Below, piece by piece: positions 42,472 to 49,240 of a stretch of 60,729 bases of DNA. The first letter of the stretch is position 1; every line of letters starts with the position of its first letter. The notes under the pieces are model-generated. The model made no database searches, had not been told where the DNA came from, and saw nothing but the letters and a program-made list of their open reading frames with translations. A program made the translations under genes and the position numbers. Source of the stretch: a virus (lineage: Duplodnaviria; Caudoviricetes); IMG/VR virus record IMGVR_UViG_3300036760_000452, positions 1-60,729 of that record. One strand, given 5' to 3'.

Positions 42472-44393
42472 GGTGTGCAAACCGGCGTGCCGGCAAACGC
42501 AGTCGTGATCCACACCGCGCCACTGCCGCCCGTGGCCGCCACTACGGTCACGCTGTCCCCGATGCCTGTGGCTACCCCGCCAATCACGAACGAAGTCCCA
42601 CAGGTGGTGTTTCCGAACATGATCGACTCCCCAGCGGCAGGAGCCAGCGTGATGTCCTGAGCGACGGTCGCTACGACGAGATACTGCGTCCCAATAGTGG
42701 GGTCGTTCGGCAGGTTGATGATCGAGCCGTCCGCATCGCCGGTGTTCGTATACAGCTCGCCGCTTTCCGTGATCGCTGGAGCCTTCGTAGTGGTGTTCGC
42801 TTCGACTGCCTGCCCAGGCAAAAAATAGCCCAGTCCGGCACCACCATTAGACACGCGAAGCTGTCCCAGCGCGTTTCGCACGAGGCCTACGTCGGCTCCT
42901 GTCGTACTCGGATCTCCAGAGGACCAGTTCACCTGAGCGTCGCTCTTCATCCGCTGAGCTGCGGTGTCCAAGTTCCACACTGCCGAGTTGGCTACGGACG
43001 CTGCGAGGTTCGAGGCACCGTTCAGCCACAAGCCCGTGTCGGGATCCGCCACAAAGCTATAGCTCGGGTCACCAACCGTGCCGCTCGCAACGCGGATACT
43101 TCCATTGCCGGATCCGCCGTCTGTCACCTTCACGATCCCCGCGGAAACGCGCGCGAGGCCGGTGTCCATGGTGCCAGCGTCCGCCGTCGAGGCGCTCGTC
43201 CAGCCCCACTGCCCAGTGTTGAACGTATACGCGGCGTAGGCCGAAGCATTCAAGCCGATGACGAATCGCACTAAGCCGCCGGTCTTGACGCGAAGCCCCT
43301 GGTTGGACCCTTCGATCGTATTCACATCGAAGTTGACACCACCAGTCGTGACGCTGTTCGCTACCAGCGCCCCAGTGCCAGCACCCCCATCCGTCACCTT
43401 CACAATGCCTGCGGCGGAGCGGGCGAGGCCGGCGTCTGAAGCCGCCCCAACCGCCCCCGAAGAGAAGGCGTACTGCTGTGCCGACGCGATCTGCGTTCCC
43501 AGGACCCCGAGGATCTGCGGCGACGACGTCAGCGCCGTCGCACTCCACGTCCCGACCGAGGCACCGGCCACGGCGAACCCGATGCCGGGCGCGGCCGAGT
43601 ACAGGCCGGTCGTGGTGGCCCCGGTGAAGCCGACGCTCGGAGCAGCGGCCGTGCCAGCGGGGACGATGAACGGCACCGTCGAGGTGAGGAGCGAATCGGT
43701 AAGCGTTAGGTCTACCTCGGCAGCGGCCCCCACGTCGAACTCCGTCTTGTCCTTCGAGAGCACGACACGATTCGAGGAAGTCGCCGCGTCGATCACCTCG
43801 AAGTCGATGACGGGGCTGCCGAGCGTGAAGGAGTTGGCCCTGACTCTGGTTGAGGTTGTTCCGTTCTGCCCCCACAGGATTGACAGCGTCGGCTGCACGT
43901 TGACGTAGGACGAACCGCCGCCCTGCAGGAAAGAGCTTGTGGCGTTGATCGTGGCTACGTTCGTTCCGCCGGAAGAGATGCCCAGGCTGTTCTCGCCGAT
44001 ACGGTAGAGGCCGGTATCGTTGCTCGTGTCGGTGCTGAACGTGAAGCTCGGCGCACCGACGGTTCCCGATGGCCCCAGGACCGGCAGGGTCGACGTGATC
44101 GCGGTCGTGGAGATGCTAAGCCGGTTCGCTCCAGACGTCCTGACGACCACGACCGCCGTCGCCGAAGAGCAGACCCCACTGGTCGCGTCCCCGGTGAAGC
44201 TGTACGGAGGCGCAAGGCAGTTGTCTGCGGCAGGCCCCAAAATCGGCGCCGTGATCGCCCCGCCCGTGAAGCTCGTCCCGCCTCCTGAGCCAGGGCCCGG
44301 TGGGTAGGCGGAGCCCTGCGCCAGCACCGTCACTGGAGTCGCCGTGAACGCGACCATCAGCCACAGCAGCAATCGCTTCCGGTCGAACCGCAT
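42468..44393 (-). CDS. Fibre-like repeat protein with N-terminal signal peptide
   Basis: MRFDRKRLLLWLMVAFTATPVTVLA-Q; four GT..(A/D)PS..F..D/T.(T)GL(Y/W)-type repeats and three D.GL.R...G..KV.(D/N)GG.G repeats. Confidence 0.75.
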   Translation of the reverse strand: MRFDRKRLLLWLMVAFTATPVTVLAQGSAYPPGPGSGGGTSFTGGAITAPILGPAADNCLAPPYSFTGDATSGVCSSATAVVVVRTSGANRLSISTTAITSTLPVLGPSGTVGAPSFTFSTDTSNDTGLYRIGENSLGISSGGTNVATINATSSFLQGGGSSYVNVQPTLSILWGQNGTTSTRVRANSFTLGSPVIDFEVIDAATSSNRVVLSKDKTEFDVGAAAEVDLTLTDSLLTSTVPFIVPAGTAAAPSVGFTGATTTGLYSAAPGIGFAVAGASVGTWSATALTSSPQILGVLGTQIASAQQYAFSSGAVGAASDAGLARSAAGIVKVTDGGAGTGALVANSVTTGGVNFDVNTIEGSNQGLRVKTGGLVRFVIGLNASAYAAYTFNTGQWGWTSASTADAGTMDTGLARVSAGIVKVTDGGSGNGSIRVASGTVGDPSYSFVADPDTGLWLNGASNLAASVANSAVWNLDTAAQRMKSDAQVNWSSGDPSTTGADVGLVRNALGQLRVSNGGAGLGYFLPGQAVEANTTTKAPAITESGELYTNTGDADGSIINLPNDPTIGTQYLVVATVAQDITLAPAAGESIMFGNTTCGTSFVIGGVATGIGDSVTVVAATGGSGAVWITTAFAGTPVCTP

Positions 44394-44406
44394 CGCGACC
44401 TCCTCG

Positions 44407-44456
44407 AGAAGAGAAACACTCGCGGGGCGCCGGTCTGGATGGCGGCACCCCGCGAG
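44407..44456 (-). terminator. Intrinsic terminator-like hairpin
   Basis: 14-bp stem CUCGCGGGGUGCCG/CGGCGCCCCGCGAG followed by UGUUUCUCUU. Confidence 0.65.
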
Positions 44457-44464
44457 CAACGATA

Positions 44465-44800
44465 CTACGTCTGCAGCGGGATGCGGCGACCGTGCGCCGT
44501 GATCGCGTTGACGTAGCACACCTGGCTCGCGGCCGAGCCCACGATGTAGAGCGCCGCCAGATCCATCTGGAAGCTGCCCTGGTGATAGGGCCCGAAGCGC
44601 TTCGAAGCCCCCGCGTTGAGCTGCATCGTCGCGGCGACACCGTTGAGGTCCACCGTGACGGGCCCCAGGTAGACCTTCCCGCTGTTGTCCGGATCGGCGA
44701 CGAACTCGATCTCGAAGAGGTCCTGGCGGGTGTAGCTGATGACCGTGCTCACCTTCGCCCTCGTCGTCCCGCCGTTGAACTGCCCTGCCTTCAGAGCCAT
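44465..44800 (-). CDS. Small beta-sandwich virion protein
   Basis: ADPDNSGKVYLG motif; AAGGAGG RBS. Confidence 0.7.
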   Translation of the reverse strand: MALKAGQFNGGTTRAKVSTVISYTRQDLFEIEFVADPDNSGKVYLGPVTVDLNGVAATMQLNAGASKRFGPYHQGSFQMDLAALYIVGSAASQVCYVNAITAHGRRIPLQT

Positions 44801-44857
44801 GTGGCCCTCCTTTTGCCCCCGGTCGTCTCTTCACGCCGGAGGACTTGGCGCGCGTTG

Positions 44858-45586
44858 TCAGTCTACGGGAGCTCCAGAGAAAAGCTGAATGTACCTCACC
44901 TGGCCCCCGACCAAAATCTTGAGGTAGCCATCGGGGGTTGTGGGCTCTGTCCCTGGCGTTGCGTTCCAGACGCCGGGCTGAGTGCTGGTGAGGTTCATGA
45001 GCGCGGTCCAGCTCTTGCTGTTCGTCTGGACCTCGGACTTCTCGATCTTGAACGGCACGAAGTTGCCGGTCACCGTACCGGAGAACGCCGTGCGGAAGCG
45101 CAGCCCGACAACGTCGCCGGAAACGGTGCGGGTCCCGGCGTCGTCGGTGACGAGCTCGATCTGCTGGCCGCGGACGTCCCCGGCGATGTTGCCGGTCGTG
45201 CCCTTCAGAAAGGCGTCGACGTGCGCGCCGATGAGCGATCCCGTCCCGGTCAGGGCGAACGTGTCGTTGACCCTCGGGCTCACCTCGAACCCGATCACGT
45301 TGTTCGCCATGCTCGCGCCCTGGGCCGGCTTCGACTGGAAGCCGATCCAGGAGTTGGCCGTCCCGGTGTTCGTGATGCTGTTGATCCGGACGGTTTCCCC
45401 GGCCTGGTCGGTGTTGGTAGGCCCGGCGTTGAGCTGCAAGTGCGTGCCAACGGTCGGGGTGATCGGACCCGTGAACGACGTCGGCGGAGCGGTGTAGCCG
45501 GACGACTGCCCGTACTGCGCCATCGCGACCGACGCGAGCATGAGCAGGGCCAGCAGCGCCATCCCGTACTTCTCGTACTTCCTCAT
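44858..45586 (-). CDS. Capsid decoration/head-fibre-like protein with signal peptide
   Basis: Immediately after the capsid gene; MRKYEKYGMALLALLMLASVAMA-Q; T/G/N-rich; ends GYLKILVGGQVRYIQLF. Confidence 0.7.
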   Translation of the reverse strand: MRKYEKYGMALLALLMLASVAMAQYGQSSGYTAPPTSFTGPITPTVGTHLQLNAGPTNTDQAGETVRINSITNTGTANSWIGFQSKPAQGASMANNVIGFEVSPRVNDTFALTGTGSLIGAHVDAFLKGTTGNIAGDVRGQQIELVTDDAGTRTVSGDVVGLRFRTAFSGTVTGNFVPFKIEKSEVQTNSKSWTALMNLTSTQPGVWNATPGTEPTTPDGYLKILVGGQVRYIQLFSGAPVD

Positions 45587-45626
45587 TTTCGGTCTCCCTT
45601 CGTGGTCTGCTGTCTCAAGGCCGGAT

Positions 45627-45666
45627 GCTGTCCGGGATGGACACCTTCTAGCCCACCCCGGACAGC
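45627..45666 (-). other. 16-bp stem hairpin downstream of the capsid gene
   Basis: GCUGUCCGGGGUGGGC/GUCCAUCCCGGACAGC with G-U pairs on the minus strand; no U tract. Confidence 0.6.
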
Positions 45667-45694
45667 TTTGCTAGGCTCCTAAGCCCACGCGGGC

Positions 45695-46960
45695 TCAGTC
45701 CCCGAGCACGGGATCGTTGAGGTCCTCGAGACGCGAATTGGACCTCGGCATAACGTTGATCTGGTTCTCGACGGAACCGACGTACGACAGGAAGCCGGCC
45801 TTGTGACCGTCCGCGTCGGAGCGGGGGATCATCTTCAGCAGGCTGTCGTCGTCGATCCAATCCAGAGGAAGGGCCTCGTACAGCCCGAAGGTCTCCCAGC
45901 ACAGGAAGAAGATCGCCCTCGGCTGGATGTCGAAGTCGACCTCGAGACGGACGTTGACGCCGGGCGCGAGGATCTGGAGGGACTCCTCGTCGTAGCCGAC
46001 GGTGTACGTCGGAGCGGATCCGGTGGGGCCGGGGTAGCGGCGCTCGGCCTGGATCATCTCGACGTACTTCCGCGCCTGGCCGTCGTTCGAGATGGCGCGG
46101 GTGATGCGCTTGCCGGTCTCCCGGCGGGGCTTGGAGATCGCGTCCAGGATGAGCTGCTCCGTGACGTCACGGAGTCCGCCGGAGCCGCGGAGCACGAACG
46201 CCTTGAGCTCCGGGTTGGTGCTGCGCGACTGGCCGAAGATCGTGACCACGTCGGTCCCGTCGTCGACGATGGCCGGCAGCGTCCAGTGGTTGCGGCCGTA
46301 GCTGCCGGTGATGAACACGCTGTCGCCGGGGGCGATCGTTGCGTCGTCGGCGCCGGCGTACGTGTAGCTGAAGGTGTCGCGGTTGAGGACCGTGATCTCG
46401 CGGTTCACCGCGACGCGGGCTGCGCCGCCCGTGAGGGCGGAGAAGTGGTCGATCCGCATGCGTCGGTTCAGCAGCTCCGTGCGCAGCGGGTCGGCCGTGG
46501 TGATGTTGGACGCGCCGTTGTTCGTCAGGACCACGGCCAGCCGGCCGAACAGCGAGCCGGCGTAGACCTTGTTGATGTACTTCCCGAGGTCCGACACGGT
46601 CCCCTCGACGCGGTCGGACAGGATGCCGCCCGAGGAGAAGGTCCCGATGTTGTTCTTCGCCGTCACCTTCGTCTTGAGGCCGATCTGGAAGGATCCGACG
46701 AACAGCTCCGGTGTGACCTCGCCCTGCACGCGCACGGGGTCGACCGGGGTGGGCATGTTGCCGACGTCGGCGATGGACGTGACGTTCCATGCGCTCGAGA
46801 TGCCGAGCGGGAACCTGGCGATGCCGTCGTGCATCTTCAGGTTCACGCGCTGGAGGCTCTTGCGGTACGGCGCCTCCTTGTTGACCGGGTCCTGGAAGGC
46901 GCCCGGGGGGTACGCGTTCTTCAGCTCCGTGGTGATGTCTTCGAATGCGCCTGTCGCCAT
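45695..46960 (-). CDS. Major capsid protein
   Basis: 421 aa after scaffold; MAT...ITTELKNAY start and ..PRSNSRLEDL end; strong GC3 bias. Confidence 0.8.
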   Translation of the reverse strand: MATGAFEDITTELKNAYPPGAFQDPVNKEAPYRKSLQRVNLKMHDGIARFPLGISSAWNVTSIADVGNMPTPVDPVRVQGEVTPELFVGSFQIGLKTKVTAKNNIGTFSSGGILSDRVEGTVSDLGKYINKVYAGSLFGRLAVVLTNNGASNITTADPLRTELLNRRMRIDHFSALTGGAARVAVNREITVLNRDTFSYTYAGADDATIAPGDSVFITGSYGRNHWTLPAIVDDGTDVVTIFGQSRSTNPELKAFVLRGSGGLRDVTEQLILDAISKPRRETGKRITRAISNDGQARKYVEMIQAERRYPGPTGSAPTYTVGYDEESLQILAPGVNVRLEVDFDIQPRAIFFLCWETFGLYEALPLDWIDDDSLLKMIPRSDADGHKAGFLSYVGSVENQINVMPRSNSRLEDLNDPVLGD

Positions 46961-46985
46961 TTGGCGACTCCTCTCAACGCAGAGA

Positions 46986-48140
46986 TCACAGCCCCTTTGC
47001 CGCGAGCTTTTCGCGAGCTCGAAGCATCGAGGGGGCAATGTCCTGCAAGCCAAGAGCGGTGATGTTCTTCGGCGTGGCCGACGGCGTCGGGGGCCCAGGC
47101 CTACGTGGGGCCGCCGGAGCTGCAGGCTTCGCCGGAGCCGGGCTCGCACCCGGGGCTTGAAGTCTTCGCGTGGACTCGTCTCGGAAAGCGGCTCGCTTGG
47201 CCAGGTCACGCGACTTCGCGTAACGCCCGACCTCGGTTGCGATCAGGGCCTTTACGTCGACGTCTCCGATGTCGTCGCTCTGGCCCAACTTCCAGAACTT
47301 CATGGTCAGGCGAGGAATCACGGTGTCCTTGAGGTCCTGGAGGATCGCCTTGTCCTTGATCTGGAATGCCGAGGCGGCCTCGTCGATACCGGCCACCACT
47401 TCCTTCGGAAAGTCCTGCTCGAACTCCAGCCTTTCCCGCTCGGTTACTTCTTGACGTTGACCCTGCTTCGTGACGAGGTCCTCGGTCCAGGCCTTCTCGG
47501 ATGTGAGCCGATCGGCCTCGAACTTCAGACCGTCGCGCCGGTCGTTCAGGTCGTCGAACTTCTCGTGGAGCTCGGTCTTGCGACCTTCGAGATCCTCGAG
47601 ACGTTGCTCGAGCTGGGCGCGCGCGGATTCGTCGGCGTCGGTCAGCAAATGCTTCGCGACGGCGATCTTTCCGTTGACCTCCCCGATGGCCACCAAGCAC
47701 TTCTGCTGGCTACCGTAGAGCCTCTCGTCCGTCTGGGTCAGGGTCGTGATGCGGGCGTCGATCTGCACGACGTCCGGATGTGGCTTGGCGGGGTCGGTCT
47801 TCGGTGCGCGTTCGGCGCGCAGCCGCTCGTTCTCCGCCTCGAGCTTCTCGTTTTCCTGACGGACCTGGGAAGCGAAACGCGTCTTCTCCAGGAACGTCCG
47901 GCCGATCGCTGCTTTTCGCTCCTTCTCGTCCGTGATGGTCTTGAAGCGATCGGCGAGGAACTTCCACTCGTCCGGGTCGTCGTCGGCGCCTTCCGTCCGC
48001 GCCGCGGGGGCTGCTCCGTCGGCGGGCGGGTCGGTGGCTTCCCCCGGTTCGGCCGGAGGTGTGTCGAGGGGTGCGTCCCCCGGTTCGTCTACCTGGACAG
48101 GTTCGTCGAGGACGTCGCTGCCAGGGAGGTCGTCGGGCAT
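46986..48140 (-). CDS. Scaffolding protein
   Basis: Acidic Pro-rich N-terminus, long coiled coil, basic C-terminal helix; just before capsid gene. Confidence 0.7.
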   Translation of the reverse strand: MPDDLPGSDVLDEPVQVDEPGDAPLDTPPAEPGEATDPPADGAAPAARTEGADDDPDEWKFLADRFKTITDEKERKAAIGRTFLEKTRFASQVRQENEKLEAENERLRAERAPKTDPAKPHPDVVQIDARITTLTQTDERLYGSQQKCLVAIGEVNGKIAVAKHLLTDADESARAQLEQRLEDLEGRKTELHEKFDDLNDRRDGLKFEADRLTSEKAWTEDLVTKQGQRQEVTERERLEFEQDFPKEVVAGIDEAASAFQIKDKAILQDLKDTVIPRLTMKFWKLGQSDDIGDVDVKALIATEVGRYAKSRDLAKRAAFRDESTRRLQAPGASPAPAKPAAPAAPRRPGPPTPSATPKNITALGLQDIAPSMLRAREKLAAKGL

Positions 48141-48182
48141 CTCTTGCTCCTCTGCGAGGTGCGGCCTCGCCTATTGGAGCGA

Positions 48183-48211
48183 AGGATGCGTTACTTTCGG
48201 TAACAGGTCAA
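48183..48211 (-). promoter_or_regulatory. Promoter TTGACC-17-CATCCT with GTTAC-N5-GTAAC palindrome in the spacer
   Basis: Upstream of scaffold/capsid; palindrome at 48190-48204. Confidence 0.55.
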
Positions 48212-48531
48212 GCGGCTTGTGGCTCTACAGCCACAGCCTGGTCCTGCTTCGACACCATGAGGACTTCATCCTCGCGGAGCAGCACCAGCAGCGGATCGAG
48301 CTCGGGAAGCTCCACGCCGCTGAAGTGGCCGAACATGACCTCGTCGCCGACTCCCACAGTGAGAGAGACGAGGCTGCCCGTCTCGAGGCACAGGCGCCCG
48401 GGTCCGGCTGCGACCACGACGCCGATGCGCTGCGGCTTCTCGGAGCCTTCGGGGATTGCGATGCCGCCCCTTTCCTTCTCCGGGTCGCGCCTGCGAACGA
48501 GAAGCTTGTCGAACATCGGTTGCCAGTTCAT
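48208..48531 (-). CDS. groES: Co-chaperonin GroES (Cpn10)
   Basis: PMFDKLLV..GGIAIP..EKP..GVVVAAGPGR..VGDEVMF..SGVE..LREDEVL. Confidence 0.92.
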   Translation of the reverse strand: MNWQPMFDKLLVRRRDPEKERGGIAIPEGSEKPQRIGVVVAAGPGRLCLETGSLVSLTVGVGDEVMFGHFSGVELPELDPLLVLLREDEVLMVSKQDQAVAVEPQAA

Positions 48532-48534
48532 GCC

Positions 48535-48831
48535 TTACTTCTTCTCCTCGGAGCTCTTCGCGAGCGCGTCGCCGGCGTCCTTGGCCGTGATCCCTTCCCG
48601 CTTCTTCTTGCGCATCGCCCTGTACGCCTCGAGCCCGGACTTGTACTCGGGCTTCGCGCGCTTGCCGGCGCCGGCGATGCCGGTGGCGCCCTGCTCCTTC
48701 GCGTAGTCCTGCTCGTCGGCTTCGGCCATGAGCTGCTCGTTGCTCTTGTAGTTCGTCGCGTTGGGCGCGTACTTTCCTTGCTTGAGGCGTCGGTCCTCGG
48801 CGTCGGTCGACTGCCGAAACTCCTGCGGCAT
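48535..48831 (-). CDS. Small basic protein with C-terminal TAKDAGDALAKS
   Basis: AAGGAGGAG RBS. Confidence 0.7.
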   Translation of the reverse strand: MPQEFRQSTDAEDRRLKQGKYAPNATNYKSNEQLMAEADEQDYAKEQGATGIAGAGKRAKPEYKSGLEAYRAMRKKKREGITAKDAGDALAKSSEEKK

Positions 48832-48840
48832 GGCTCCTCC

Positions 48841-49014
48841 TTAGTAGCTCTTCGCGAGCGCGTCGCCTGCGGCCTTGGCGGAATGGCCGCGCTCTCGCTT
48901 CGGCTTCCAGCCCTTCTTCCGCATGGTGCCGTAGACGTACGCCCCAGCACGCTCCTTCGAGTACCCGCGCTTCCGGGCGGTGGCCTTCAGATCGCGCTCC
49001 ATCGCTTCCGGCAT
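48841..49014 (-). CDS. 57-aa basic protein with C-terminal SAKAAGDALAKS (below track cutoff)
   Basis: MPEAMERDLKATARKRGYSKERAGAYVYGTMRKKGWKPKRERGHSAKAAGDALAKSY. Confidence 0.7.
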   Translation of the reverse strand: MPEAMERDLKATARKRGYSKERAGAYVYGTMRKKGWKPKRERGHSAKAAGDALAKSY

Positions 49015-49017
49015 GGT

Positions 49018-49236
49018 TCAGTACCCGGCACCCTTGCCGGCGCTCGTGAAGGATGCGAGCGCGTCGCCAGCGTCCTTCGCGGAGAAGTACCCGCCCTTCT
49101 TGCGCTTCTTGTCGACGTGAGCCTCGCACGCCTTGATGCCTCGGCGCGCGACAGGGCCGGGCTTCATGATGTCGCTCGGCACGTCGTCCATGTTCCCGTC
49201 CTGGAGCCGAAGTGCGCTGCCCTTGCCGTCTTCCAT
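49018..49236 (-). CDS. Small basic protein with SAKDAGDALAS
   Basis: GGAGG RBS right after portal stop. Confidence 0.7.
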   Translation of the reverse strand: MEDGKGSALRLQDGNMDDVPSDIMKPGPVARRGIKACEAHVDKKRKKGGYFSAKDAGDALASFTSAGKGAGY

Positions 49237-49240
49237 TCGA

